This document shows, piece after piece, positions 1 to 9,726 of a stretch of DNA of 64,000 nt. This DNA is from a virus (taxonomy: Duplodnaviria; Heunggongvirae; Uroviricota; Caudoviricetes; Thumleimavirales; Hafunaviridae). The translations under genes and the position numbers were made by a program. The notes beneath the pieces are model-generated. The model worked only from the letters and a program-made list of their open reading frames with translations, was not told the DNA's origin and ran no database searches. Numbering within the stretch: the first letter of the stretch is position 1; every line of letters begins with the position of its first letter. The DNA lies in IMG/VR virus record IMGVR_UViG_2974793440_000001, positions 12,822 to 76,821 of that record. One strand, 5' to 3'.

Positions 1-1
1 T

Positions 2-217
2 GACGACGAGATTGACGCGCTGATGGAGAAGTGGGGCGAGGATACCGTCCGAAAGGCGTTCTGGTTACAGCGCCACATCAAGCACCACGGCGTCAAGGGG
101 ATTCACTTCATGCACCCCGGCCCGGACGGGGGCGAAAACGCTGAATCCCATATGCGGCAAGTCGGGCCGATGATGGCGAAACGAATCATCGAGGGTGAGA
201 TGGACGACGTTTACTAA
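2..217 (+). CDS. 3' end of a protein that starts upstream of the window (virion module), function unknown
   Basis: Frame is open from the window edge; ORF track 23..217; stop TAA at 215-217. Confidence 0.35.
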   Translation, partial: DDEIDALMEKWGEDTVRKAFWLQRHIKHHGVKGIHFMHPGPDGGENAESHMRQVGPMMAKRIIEGEMDDVY

Positions 218-253
218 CGCTACGTAGCCACTCTCTCCCGCCTCTTTTCTCCT

Positions 254-760
254 ATGTTTCCTAAAGAAGCAGTCACAACTCTAATCACGGAACTAAACAG
301 TCGTATTCCTCCACCCGTCCACACGGCGGGGATTCAGGAGGAGCGCCCGATTCCTGCGGTCTTAATCGACGGTGTAGACCTACGGAATCGAAATCATCAC
401 AACTCGAACTACGCGGGTTCCGAGTACGACTCGCAGGGACGCGAGACGAAGCAAATCGAGCGGTACTACTACTCACTTCGGTTCGACCTCGTTGTTCGAG
501 ACGACTCCGAAACGGGAGCCTACGATATTCTCACTCATCTTCAATCCGCGCTCGCGGATTTGAGTGACAGACCGTGGGAATCGTTCCACCCGGACGTGAA
601 CGACGCCCGGCTTCTCAGCTCGGGTTCGGTGAACTACACGTTCAACGAGCCTGCTGAGACTGAAATACACCAAGCCTTCGAGCTTGACTCGTTCTTCGAG
701 ACGGCTGACGACAACCTCGATGTTATCCAGTCTGTCTCCGACACAATCGAAATTTCCTAA
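254..760 (+). CDS. hypothetical acidic protein, possibly neck or tail-completion by its position just upstream of the sheath gene
   Basis: 168 aa, acidic; location only. Confidence 0.35.
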   Translation: MFPKEAVTTLITELNSRIPPPVHTAGIQEERPIPAVLIDGVDLRNRNHHNSNYAGSEYDSQGRETKQIERYYYSLRFDLVVRDDSETGAYDILTHLQSALADLSDRPWESFHPDVNDARLLSSGSVNYTFNEPAETEIHQAFELDSFFETADDNLDVIQSVSDTIEIS

Positions 761-769
761 TTCTAACCT

Positions 770-2062
770 ATGGCTGACTACGGCAACACTATCGAACCCG
801 GTATTGTTACGAACGTCAACTCGGCGCTGGCTGTCACTTCGAGTGGTGGCGCTCCCGCTGACGTTGGACTCGTTGGACAGGCTGACCTCGATGCGGGGAC
901 GGCGCAGGCAAACGCTGTCTATCAGGTCACTCGTGCGACGATGGCGCGTGAATGGTTCGGTGAGGACAGTCCCCTCACGCAGAACGTTCTCGATGCTCTC
1001 GCGGAGGGAGCCTACCCGGTCTACGCGGTCGCGGTTGACCTCGTGGACGTGACGGGCGAAGACCTCTCCGGTCTTGCCTCAAACACGGGCACGCTGGCCG
1101 AGGGGCCGGTGAGCGAGGACGCCGCCGACACGGTGTTCACCATCAACGGCTCCGACCTCACGACCGTTCTGAAGTACGAAGACCTCTCTACTCTCTCGCC
1201 GGGTGCTGGCGAGGTCTACGTCAACCCATCGACGCGAGAGTTCAAGATTGACGCCGACGTGACCGTGGGCAACACGGGCGACTCCGTGGACTACGCCTAC
1301 GGCGACTACGACGCTGGCAATCAGGCGCTCGCGGAGGGCGCTGGTGGCGCTGTTGACTTCTTCGTTCCGCTGAGCGAGGAAGCGACCGCGACTCAGGACG
1401 CGCAGAGTACGGTCGGGGCGCTCGCCTCCGAATACAACTTCGCAATCGCTATCGTCGGCGCTACTCCCGGCCTCGACCCGGAGAGCTACAACAACTCGTT
1501 CGACGATTCTCGCGTTCAGGTCGTCTACCCGGCCCGGAACGCGGAGGGCTACTCCACGCTCGGTTCCTACGCTGGACGCCGCGCGAAGCTCGGTATCACG
1601 ACCACGCCAATCAACAAGCGCCTCTCCACGCAGAAGTCGCTCGCTGTCAGTCTTGACCGCGCGGCCCGTGGTGCGCTGATTGACGAGCGCGTTGTTCCGC
1701 TGGCTGACGAGACGGAGGGCGCTCGGATTGCCGACGACGTGAACACCGTGAGCGACACGAACACGGAGGAGGCGGGCATCCGCTTCGGCTTCACCCGGCT
1801 CGTGATGGACTACGTTATCACGACGATTCGCGTGAACGAACAGCCCTTCATCGGTCGGCTGAACAGCCGTGCGGTGCGGGCGTCCCTTGAGGGGCTTCTG
1901 AGCAACCAGCTCAAGACCCTGAAGCGGTCGAACGCGATTATCGACTACAACGTGAACGTGTACCGTATCGACGCGACGAGCGCCGCCGTTGAGATTCAGG
2001 TTGAGACGGCCAAGCCGCTCCGCTTCATCGAGAACACGGTCACGATTGGCGCTTCGGCGTAA
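770..2062 (+). CDS. putative contractile tail sheath protein (P2 FI-like by size and gene order)
   Basis: 430 aa, followed by a 181-aa tube-sized gene, a chaperone pair and the tape measure; synteny inference, no motif check possible. Confidence 0.45.
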   Translation: MADYGNTIEPGIVTNVNSALAVTSSGGAPADVGLVGQADLDAGTAQANAVYQVTRATMAREWFGEDSPLTQNVLDALAEGAYPVYAVAVDLVDVTGEDLSGLASNTGTLAEGPVSEDAADTVFTINGSDLTTVLKYEDLSTLSPGAGEVYVNPSTREFKIDADVTVGNTGDSVDYAYGDYDAGNQALAEGAGGAVDFFVPLSEEATATQDAQSTVGALASEYNFAIAIVGATPGLDPESYNNSFDDSRVQVVYPARNAEGYSTLGSYAGRRAKLGITTTPINKRLSTQKSLAVSLDRAARGALIDERVVPLADETEGARIADDVNTVSDTNTEEAGIRFGFTRLVMDYVITTIRVNEQPFIGRLNSRAVRASLEGLLSNQLKTLKRSNAIIDYNVNVYRIDATSAAVEIQVETAKPLRFIENTVTIGASA

Positions 2063-2090
2063 AGACTCAACTTCCACTTTTTAACTCATT

Positions 2091-2636
2091 ATGTCTGCTT
2101 CTAACGTTGACCGGATTGAGAGCGCGGCAAACATCACTCTGAACATCTCGCGTGGTGGGTCGCAGGTTACGACGGATTCTGTTTCGGCTCCCGCTGACGA
2201 TGGTGGTAGCTTCACCGATTCCGAGCGTGCTGAGGCTGTTGATGCGGGTACTCTCCGAGTCCCCATCTCGCGGCTGGACACGACCAAGGACATTGAGATT
2301 TCCGAGATTCGGGAATCCTCGCTGAAGGCGAGTGGCTATTCGGTCACTTCCATCAGCTACTCCGGCTCGATGATGTTCAAGGGCGAGCGGGTTCACGGCC
2401 CGGACAACGAGCCGGTTTCCATCGAATCGCTCATCTACGACGAAGATGGCGTTCCGATTCCCTGCTCTGTCACCATCACCCACGAACTCTCTGGTAAGAC
2501 GGAGACGTTCGAGGACGTTCTCGTGACCAGCGATTCCTACGAGGTTCAGTCTGAGTCTGAGACTGAGACGGCTTTCGACTGGATTGCGATGGATAAGGTC
2601 ACGAAAGACCCCGAGACGGACTCCGAGAGTTCGTAA
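2091..2636 (+). CDS. putative tail tube protein
   Basis: 181 aa, sits between the sheath-like gene and the chaperone/tape-measure genes. Confidence 0.4.
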   Translation: MSASNVDRIESAANITLNISRGGSQVTTDSVSAPADDGGSFTDSERAEAVDAGTLRVPISRLDTTKDIEISEIRESSLKASGYSVTSISYSGSMMFKGERVHGPDNEPVSIESLIYDEDGVPIPCSVTITHELSGKTETFEDVLVTSDSYEVQSESETETAFDWIAMDKVTKDPETDSESS

Positions 2637-2690
2637 TCGCGCTTCTCGCTGAATCGCTCTACGACTAAATTTCTTTACACTTAACCTATT

Positions 2691-3161
2691 ATGACTGACG
2701 AAACCGACAACGACAGTAACGACGTTAACATCTCGAAGCTCCGCGAGCTGGCGCTCCGGGGGAAGAACTACCGCGAGGAGTTCGAGACGGAATACCTCGG
2801 TGAGAGTCTGACTCTCTACCTCAAGCCGCTCACCGACCTTGAGTTCCTTCCGATTGCGGCGTTCCTCGAAGACAAGCTGGACATGGACGCCGAGGAAGCG
2901 AAGGAACGCATCGAGGAGGAGCGCGAAGCCGGTGAAGACAACTCTATCGACGTGAGCAACTTCGACAAGGAGTTCGTCGGCATCATGCAGGAGGCCGCCG
3001 CGAAGGGCGTGGACACCACGCAGGGTGACGCCGAAGGTCTGGACGAGGATATGGTTCTGGACACCATCCGCTCGCTCATCGGTGGGAAGTCCATCGAGAT
3101 TGCGGAGAAGGTGCTGGACATTTCCAGCAACGCGGAGGACGCCAAGAAGTTTCGCAGATAG
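2691..3161 (+). CDS. putative tail assembly chaperone (gpE/gpG-like), acidic
   Basis: 156 aa acidic protein immediately upstream of the tape measure; 3' end is overlapped by an ORF in another frame. Confidence 0.4.
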   Translation: MTDETDNDSNDVNISKLRELALRGKNYREEFETEYLGESLTLYLKPLTDLEFLPIAAFLEDKLDMDAEEAKERIEEEREAGEDNSIDVSNFDKEFVGIMQEAAAKGVDTTQGDAEGLDEDMVLDTIRSLIGGKSIEIAEKVLDISSNAEDAKKFRR

Positions 3162-3474
3162 TGGGGCCGCAGGCATAATTTTCGGCCTCAAGTCTGAGGT
3201 AGGTGCTGGATTCGTCGGGTGCGACGACCAGCTCGAAATGACGCCGTTCCAGCGGCAGGTGTTCGAGGCCGAGAAGGTTCGAGAGCATCAAGAACAGGAA
3301 CGGCAGATGGAGGCCGCCCGTGGAGGTAATATGGGCGGTGGCGGTCGGACTCCGAACGCGGCTCACCCGAGCGTTCCGTCGTCCGGTAACACCCGCTCCC
3401 GGCGCGAGACGGTACGGTATGTGAACGACAGTCCCGACGAGAATCCAGAGGCGAACGTCACGTTCGTTGACTAA
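3025..3474 (+). CDS. overlapping +1-frame ORF: candidate frameshift extension of the chaperone (gpE'/gpGT-like), or an independent 78-aa gene starting at ATG 3238
   Basis: Open in frame +1 relative to 2691..3161 from 3025 on; ends 3 nt before the tape-measure ATG. Confidence 0.3.
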   Translation: MTPKVWTRIWFWTPSARSSVGSPSRLRRRCWTFPATRRTPRSFADSGAAGIIFGLKSEVGAGFVGCDDQLEMTPFQRQVFEAEKVREHQEQERQMEAARGGNMGGGGRTPNAAHPSVPSSGNTRSRRETVRYVNDSPDENPEANVTFVD

Positions 3475-3476
3475 TC

Positions 3477-5297
3477 ATGTCTGTTACTATTGACCTCGAC
3501 ATTCGTGCCGAGGACGTAATTGCGACCCTTGAGGGAGTCGAGGAACAGCTCGACCGCCTCGAAAACGACTTCGATTTCTCGCTCGACGGCGACTTCAAGG
3601 CGCAGTTGGACGACATTATGAAGTCGCTCGACAAGCTATCCAGTTCGCTTGTTGACGACCTCGATGAAGTTGCGTCCCGGCTCGAAGACCTCGAAATTGA
3701 CATTGGCGCTCCCGTGGGAGGGGGCGATTCCGGTGGCGACACCGGGAGTGATAGCGGAGATAGATACACCCCCGACGATTCCCGCCCGACGATGGGGCTA
3801 CGGGAGATTCTGAACCGGGTTGCTGGTTCGGATTACTCCGGTACTTCGATGGACGACCTCGCGGATACCGACCTCGATTTTGAAGTCGGACGGCGAAACA
3901 ACATCGACGGGTTGGCCGATGCCCTGAGCAACACGATTGGGGACGGCCTTCTCTCGGGAATCCTCACGGACAAAACGAACTGGGGGATGTTCACGAGTGA
4001 CCGTGACCGTGGACTCCCGACGTTCCTTGACGCGAAGGGACTCAAGCCGGGCGACCTCAAGTTCGGTCGTCTCGGTCAGTCGGCAAAGCGCCTGAGCGGG
4101 CGCGTCTCGAACCTCCGAGGGATTATCCGTAGTGCGATTCCCTCGATGGCGAAGTGGTGGCAACTCATCGCTCTCGCCCTCCCCGCCCTGATTGCGTTCG
4201 GTACGCAGGCGGCGGGTGTCGCGGCGGCTATGCTCTCGATGGCGGGTGCTGGCGCGGCGTTCATCGGCCTCGGTCTTGCCGGTCACGGCAACACGATGGC
4301 AGAGTCGATGCGGAACGCTCGGCAGGAAGTTCAGGACTTGAAGAAAGACCTGTACGAGACGTTCCAGCCCTCGATGCAGACCTTCGCTCCGATTCAGGGC
4401 GCGTTCTTCGACGTGCTTCCGGTTCGGCTTGAGAAGGTCAACGACGAGCTGAAACAGCTCGCCGGAACGAGCTACCAGTACGCGCTGTTCGACGCGCTGA
4501 ACGGAGCTACGGAGTTCGCGGCTGAGTTCATCCGAACGCTCCGCGAGATGGACGGCGTTGTGTCCCAACTCGGGATGCGGTTCGGTGACATAATCGGGAG
4601 CGCGATTCTCGACTTCTTCGAGTGGCTTGTGATGGAAGCCTACCAGAATCAGGAATCCCTGATTGCTCTCGGTGGGGTCATCAAGTCGGTCATTGAGATT
4701 ATCTACAATCTCGCTAAGATATTCGCGCACCTCGTTATCGTCTTCAAGCCGCTCATCGACTTCTTCGCGTGGCTGACCCGGATTCTCAGCAGTCCGTTCT
4801 ACCGGGCGCTCGCGGCGGTTATCGTCCTGTTCGGGATTATCGGGGTTGTGATGGTGAAGACTATCCTCATCATCTCGAAGCTCCGTATGGCGATGATGAT
4901 TCTCGGCCTCACGGGGTCGGGAGCGATGGCCGGGCTTGCTTCGAGCGCGGTCGGGGCAATGGCGACCGTGAAGACGGCGGTTATGTCGGCGGTCGCGTCC
5001 CTCGGTCTGTTGAAGGCCGCGTTGATTGCCACGGGGATTGGCGCTCTGTTGGTCGGTGGGGGTATCCTCGCCTACCAAGCGATGAAGCCGAAAGGCCCGC
5101 CCTCCGGGGGTAGCGACTACTCCGGCTACACGGGTGGTGGGAGTAACACGGTAATCAACGAGGGTGACACCTACAACTTCAACGTTGACGGTTCGACGGA
5201 CGGGCCGACGACTCAGAAGATGCTGGACGTAGCGAAGCTTGACCGCACGACCGATTCCACCCGGTCGCTCTCTCTTAGTGGTGGAAATGGACGATAA
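3477..5297 (+). CDS. tail tape measure protein
   Basis: 606 aa; N-terminal acidic coiled-coil-like region, central hydrophobic/Gly-Ala-rich segments (several predicted TM helices), C-terminal Gly-rich stretch; position after the chaperone. Confidence 0.7.
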   Translation: MSVTIDLDIRAEDVIATLEGVEEQLDRLENDFDFSLDGDFKAQLDDIMKSLDKLSSSLVDDLDEVASRLEDLEIDIGAPVGGGDSGGDTGSDSGDRYTPDDSRPTMGLREILNRVAGSDYSGTSMDDLADTDLDFEVGRRNNIDGLADALSNTIGDGLLSGILTDKTNWGMFTSDRDRGLPTFLDAKGLKPGDLKFGRLGQSAKRLSGRVSNLRGIIRSAIPSMAKWWQLIALALPALIAFGTQAAGVAAAMLSMAGAGAAFIGLGLAGHGNTMAESMRNARQEVQDLKKDLYETFQPSMQTFAPIQGAFFDVLPVRLEKVNDELKQLAGTSYQYALFDALNGATEFAAEFIRTLREMDGVVSQLGMRFGDIIGSAILDFFEWLVMEAYQNQESLIALGGVIKSVIEIIYNLAKIFAHLVIVFKPLIDFFAWLTRILSSPFYRALAAVIVLFGIIGVVMVKTILIISKLRMAMMILGLTGSGAMAGLASSAVGAMATVKTAVMSAVASLGLLKAALIATGIGALLVGGGILAYQAMKPKGPPSGGSDYSGYTGGGSNTVINEGDTYNFNVDGSTDGPTTQKMLDVAKLDRTTDSTRSLSLSGGNGR

Positions 5298-5861
5298 ATG
5301 GTAAACGCATTTGCGAATATCGGAGGTGGGGACACTTACATCGAGGAAGACCCCATTCAGGCAGGCCCGAACGAGGGTATCCAGTTCAAGGTTATTGCCT
5401 TGGGCCAGCCCGAGACTGACGACACGAACGACGTGTCGGCTCAAGAAAACAAGCCTGTTCTATTCGAGTTCAATCCGCTGTTCTTCCCTGACCGCTTCAA
5501 CCAGAGCTTCGACAAGGAGCTTCGGCGCGAGGGCCAGCAATGTCAGGGCGAGGACGTGTCTATCAAGAATCTGAAGAACTCCGAGTTCCACGCTACCGGA
5601 GTCATTCTTGAGGAAAACCTCCGAGTCGTCCAGAAGCTCGCTGAACACGAAGGCGTCGTGGATATGATTACTCCGATTTCCCCGAACGGCGGGATGGAGT
5701 GTTACATCAAGGGCGGCGACGTGGGCGAGCTGGAAGGCTGGAATCCGGTCTACCGGCAATGGATGTTCACGTACACGTTCGACTTCGTTTCGACCGGCCT
5801 CGATGAGTTTGGCAACGACACGGAGAACGACTTGGTGAGTAGCATCCTCGATAACCAATGA
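5298..5861 (+). CDS. tail protein, gpU-like by position
   Basis: 187 aa, directly after the tape measure (start overlaps its stop, TAAATG). Confidence 0.3.
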   Translation: MVNAFANIGGGDTYIEEDPIQAGPNEGIQFKVIALGQPETDDTNDVSAQENKPVLFEFNPLFFPDRFNQSFDKELRREGQQCQGEDVSIKNLKNSEFHATGVILEENLRVVQKLAEHEGVVDMITPISPNGGMECYIKGGDVGELEGWNPVYRQWMFTYTFDFVSTGLDEFGNDTENDLVSSILDNQ

Positions 5862-7300
5862 ACTGTGAAGACGCCGCTGTGACGCTTGCTTTCCTCGATG
5901 AGAGCAACGACCTCGATAGGCCCATCGTGGAGATTCGGCCTCTCGAAATGGACTTCCAGCGGAACTACAACAAGTTCGACTTCGTTCGGGCCAAGTTCTC
6001 GAAGGGAGTGGCTGACCACATCGAGGGGGCTGTCAAAGCCGACGATGGGGAGCTTCACCGCCCCCGGCCTGTCGTTGTGAAGTTCGGTGGGGAGGCTATT
6101 CACCGGATGCTCTACCTCCCCGACGCGGTTTACTTCGGGAACCATAACGTCACGATTGAGCTACACGACTGTCAGAAGTACCTTGACCGTGGCGTGGTGG
6201 ACTACCAGCGGCAGAACGTCAGCCTCGAAGATGCGTACCGCTACGTGTTCAATCAGCGGGACACCTCGAACGGCGAGATGTTCTCCGGTATCGAGTTTGA
6301 CGTTCCCGGTTCGGCCTACGAGTACCTACACAGTACGTACAAGGACGGCCCGTGGTTCCTCGAATTGAAGAACCAGCGAACGTGGGACTTGATTCGGGAA
6401 GCCCGGAGCGACCAGACCGGAGCGTTCCAGCCGAAGCACCAGAACGACGTTATCCGCGACCTCGAACGCGAGAACGTTCACAACATCATCGACGGGCACT
6501 ACGCCCTCGACTTCAAGCAGGTCACGCCGTGGGAAGCTATCCTCGAAATGAACGAGAAGTTCGGCGTGACTACGTGGGTCGCCCCGGACGGGAAGTTTTG
6601 GGTCGGTAGCCGTCACGCGACGGGCGTTGACCACGTTGCGACCCCGGACGACTCCCGCGTCTGGAAGCTTCTCGACTACAACATCAGCCCGCCGCGCGAC
6701 CCGATTATGAAGGTCGTCGTTCGGGGGAAGATGATTCACGACCCGAACGAGAGTTGGGGCGAACAGCTCGGGGAGATTGTGAACATGAGCCGGGGGACGA
6801 AGGACTACCGGGTGGAGGGCGTGGCCGAACGGCCCGACCTTGACTTTGGGAGAATCCTCGAACCCGAAGACCTCGAAGTGGCGGCTGACGGCTTGGAGGA
6901 CGTTGCGAAGCGTCGGCTACTGAAAGAACAGCGGAATCAATGGAGTGGGAACCTCGAACTTCTCCCGTCCCACTCGGGTTCTGCGTGGACGGACATTCGG
7001 TTCGTTCAAATCGGAGACAACATCGTGACGGTTCCGCCGGAGGATACCGGCGGGGAGTGCGAGTCGAAAGTCCGGTTGGAGAAGTTTATGATTACCGGCG
7101 TTCAGCACAATATCACGGAAAACGGAGAGTGGACGTGTAGGCTGAATGTTATCCCGATAATGGACGGACAGCTTCACCCGGACAGGGTGAAGACCTACAC
7201 TCGGTACTTCGACCCGCACAAGAAGGAATACATCTCCGAGGACGCCTACGAAGCCGACAAGAAGGCTGACGAGGGGATTCAACTCTCCGACTTCATCTGA
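5858..7300 (+). CDS. tail protein, gpD-like (late control D / hub-associated) by position
   Basis: 480 aa, overlaps the preceding stop; P2-like order T-U-D. Confidence 0.35.
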   Translation: MNCEDAAVTLAFLDESNDLDRPIVEIRPLEMDFQRNYNKFDFVRAKFSKGVADHIEGAVKADDGELHRPRPVVVKFGGEAIHRMLYLPDAVYFGNHNVTIELHDCQKYLDRGVVDYQRQNVSLEDAYRYVFNQRDTSNGEMFSGIEFDVPGSAYEYLHSTYKDGPWFLELKNQRTWDLIREARSDQTGAFQPKHQNDVIRDLERENVHNIIDGHYALDFKQVTPWEAILEMNEKFGVTTWVAPDGKFWVGSRHATGVDHVATPDDSRVWKLLDYNISPPRDPIMKVVVRGKMIHDPNESWGEQLGEIVNMSRGTKDYRVEGVAERPDLDFGRILEPEDLEVAADGLEDVAKRRLLKEQRNQWSGNLELLPSHSGSAWTDIRFVQIGDNIVTVPPEDTGGECESKVRLEKFMITGVQHNITENGEWTCRLNVIPIMDGQLHPDRVKTYTRYFDPHKKEYISEDAYEADKKADEGIQLSDFI

Positions 7301-7302
7301 TT

Positions 7303-7737
7303 ATGATTCACGGAATAGCTACTTCTACGGATTTCAAGTCCGGTATTCTACTGGTTGACGTTCAGGTTGCGCGGGCGGGGGTAACTTACAAGAACGTACC
7401 TGTTCTCCATCAGTTCCCCGGACACATCCAGTCTATCACGGAAGGCTCCCGTGTTGTCCTCGAACAGACGGAGGACAATCTGTGGGTCGTTCTCGGCGTC
7501 CTCGAAACGGACGATGAGCTTCTGACTGAGAAGCCGGAAGCCTACGAGCAGGTGATGGCCTTCGATGATGGAACGGAGATTAGTGTCAAAGAAGCCGAAT
7601 CCGGCGGATACGACGTGAATATCAACGCATCGAGCGAGTTGAACATCAAGGCGACCGGGGACGTGACTGTTGAAACTGAGGGACACCTTCAGTTCAAGTC
7701 GTCCTCGGTGGACTTCGACACCTCAGGTAGTGCATGA
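7303..7737 (+). CDS. small baseplate spike/hub-like protein
   Basis: 144 aa, immediately upstream of a PAAR-like ORF. Confidence 0.3.
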   Translation: MIHGIATSTDFKSGILLVDVQVARAGVTYKNVPVLHQFPGHIQSITEGSRVVLEQTEDNLWVVLGVLETDDELLTEKPEAYEQVMAFDDGTEISVKEAESGGYDVNINASSELNIKATGDVTVETEGHLQFKSSSVDFDTSGSA

Positions 7738-8099
7738 GCAAGAAAATCGCTGTTCACGGAGCGACGTGTGAGGCTGACGGCCACCCTTCGGAGTGCCAAG
7801 CTACGGTGACGGGACAGACGAAGGATGCTGACGGCGATACGTCGGTGACTATCAACGGGGTTCCGCTCACCGACCACGGCGACTCGATGCACTTCCCCTC
7901 TCACGCTCACGCATATAGTGGCGACCCACCGGCTTGTACGAGCTATTCTTCCCATGACCTCGTTCCCGACGAGTCTCCCTCGTTCACGGTGAACGGTCGG
8001 CCCGTCGTTCGGGTCGGTGACTCCACGAGCGACCCCGGTGCGGGGACGGCTCAGGTGGTTGATAGTGGTGGGAACGGCGCTGTAACGCACACGGAATAG
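7734..8099 (+). CDS. PAAR-like spike-tip protein
   Basis: 121 aa; 'VHGATCEADGHP...INGVPLTDHGDSMH...VNGRPVVRVGDSTSDPGAG' resembles the repeated PAAR motifs (..NG.P..R.GD...). Confidence 0.45.
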   Translation: MSKKIAVHGATCEADGHPSECQATVTGQTKDADGDTSVTINGVPLTDHGDSMHFPSHAHAYSGDPPACTSYSSHDLVPDESPSFTVNGRPVVRVGDSTSDPGAGTAQVVDSGGNGAVTHTE

Positions 8100-8163
8100 C
8101 TCACATCATATATAAACCCTTTACCATTAATAGTAGTAGAGAACGCCCTTCTTCACCCCTCTC

Positions 8164-8490
8164 ATGCTGGATTTAGCCCTAAATAGTGACTTCTCTGTTT
8201 TTCTCAACGAGAACGGCGACCTCGGTACGGTGAGTGGGCGCGAGGAGTTCGAGCAGTCGGTTGTAATTCTAATGACCGAGCTAATGCGTAGCTCGACCAT
8301 CGGAGAGTTCGACCAATCTACGATTGAGCAGAAGCTCAAGCTCGAAGCAACTCGGGTCGCACGGAAACACGATTTCCTCTCGGAGATTTCGGGAATCGAC
8401 GTTTCGCCGCACAAGGAGAACCCTCACACATACGTTGTAAGTATCGACTACAAAACAGACCGAATTTTCGAGGAGAATATTAGCGGATGA
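8164..8490 (+). CDS. baseplate wedge protein, gpW/gp25-like
   Basis: 108 aa, 'NGDLGTVSGREEFEQSVVILMTEL..GE' resembles the GPW_gp25 family; AT-rich promoter-like region upstream (8100-8160). Confidence 0.5.
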   Translation: MLDLALNSDFSVFLNENGDLGTVSGREEFEQSVVILMTELMRSSTIGEFDQSTIEQKLKLEATRVARKHDFLSEISGIDVSPHKENPHTYVVSIDYKTDRIFEENISG

Positions 8491-9722
8491 CGATTTCCCA
8501 AGACGGCTCTTTTGACGGCGACACCGAGGAGGAAATCCTCGATGCGATGATTGCCGACGCGAAGCAGTATTGGTCAGAGGACATTAAGGAGTCTGACCTT
8601 GCTGTAATCAGGCAGTTCTACCGGCCTATCGCTCGGCGTCTCGCACAGGCACAGGACGACATTGGACTTGTCCTCGAATCCACTCAGATTGACAACGCCA
8701 GCGGCTCGGCTCTCAGTCTTCTAACAGCACTCATCGGAGTGAAGCGACAGCCTTCCGTCCGTGCTACGGGCGAGGTCACGTTCTCTCGTGAGAACATCGC
8801 TGAGCTTGATTACAACATCCCGGCGGGGACAAAGGTTCAGACGGCCTCGGAGCCGCCGACGCAGTTCGTCACTACGCAGGGCGCGACTATCGAGCAGGGG
8901 ACTTCGAGCGCGACCGCTCCGATTATCGCGGTGGAACCCGGCGCTGACGGGAACGTTGGCGCGAACGCGATTTCGGTTCTTCCGGTTCCGCTCGCGGGTA
9001 TCGAGACGGTCACGAACGCGAACGAGACGGTCGGTGGCGAGAACGAGGAAACCGACGACCAGCTTCGCAAGCGAGCGAAGGAGGAGTTGGCCGAGGGTTC
9101 GAGCGCGACCGCTCCGGCGCTGGTGAGCGCGGTACAGAACGTGGAGGGCGTCACGTCCGTCAGCATCCTCGTGAACGACACGAAGGACGACAACGGGCGA
9201 GGACACAACCTCCCGTCTAACTCCGGCGAGCTGGTCGTCACGGGCGGCACGGACGCGGATGTGGCGCAGGCTATCCTCGAAACGAAGGGGATGGATTCGA
9301 CTCTCGTGGCGGGAGTGAACGGTGTGGCCGTTCAGGGAGTCCCGGCGAATCTCCCGAACGGTCAGACGCTCCCGATTGACTTCTCGCGGGCGAACCCCGT
9401 GACCATCTACATCGAGGCAGATGTTCAGGTCGATGCCAACTACGAGAGTGACGAGGATGTGCTGAACAACATCGTCGAGTATGTCGGCGGGCAGACCGTC
9501 GAAGGCTTCGAGCGCGACGGCGAGCTTGGCGTGACGGACGACGTTCTGTACGGCGAGGTCGAATACCGGATTCGGGAAATCCCCGGCGTGTACGACGTTA
9601 CCTCCCTCAAGGTGGACAGGGTTAGTCCCCCGACCGGGACGAGCAACGTCTCGATTAGCGATATGGAGGAAGCGACGACCGACGCTCGGCAGGACATTAC
9701 GATTACGACGAGCGAGGTGTAG
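8487..9722 (+). CDS. baseplate J-like protein
   Basis: 411 aa, start overlaps the gpW-like stop; typical W-J-I order. Confidence 0.5.
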   Translation: MTISQDGSFDGDTEEEILDAMIADAKQYWSEDIKESDLAVIRQFYRPIARRLAQAQDDIGLVLESTQIDNASGSALSLLTALIGVKRQPSVRATGEVTFSRENIAELDYNIPAGTKVQTASEPPTQFVTTQGATIEQGTSSATAPIIAVEPGADGNVGANAISVLPVPLAGIETVTNANETVGGENEETDDQLRKRAKEELAEGSSATAPALVSAVQNVEGVTSVSILVNDTKDDNGRGHNLPSNSGELVVTGGTDADVAQAILETKGMDSTLVAGVNGVAVQGVPANLPNGQTLPIDFSRANPVTIYIEADVQVDANYESDEDVLNNIVEYVGGQTVEGFERDGELGVTDDVLYGEVEYRIREIPGVYDVTSLKVDRVSPPTGTSNVSISDMEEATTDARQDITITTSEV

Positions 9723-9726
9723 CTGA

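Noticed and set aside
1079-2077. Long antisense ORFs nested inside clear genes (for example 1079-2077, 3798-5444, 10399-11763, 16411-17256, 31583-33124, 37831-38958, 41795-43234, 51699-53585)
   Set aside because: They are Arg/Val/Gly-rich reverse-frame artefacts of high-GC coding sequence. Each is fully contained in a gene with strong motif support on the other strand.
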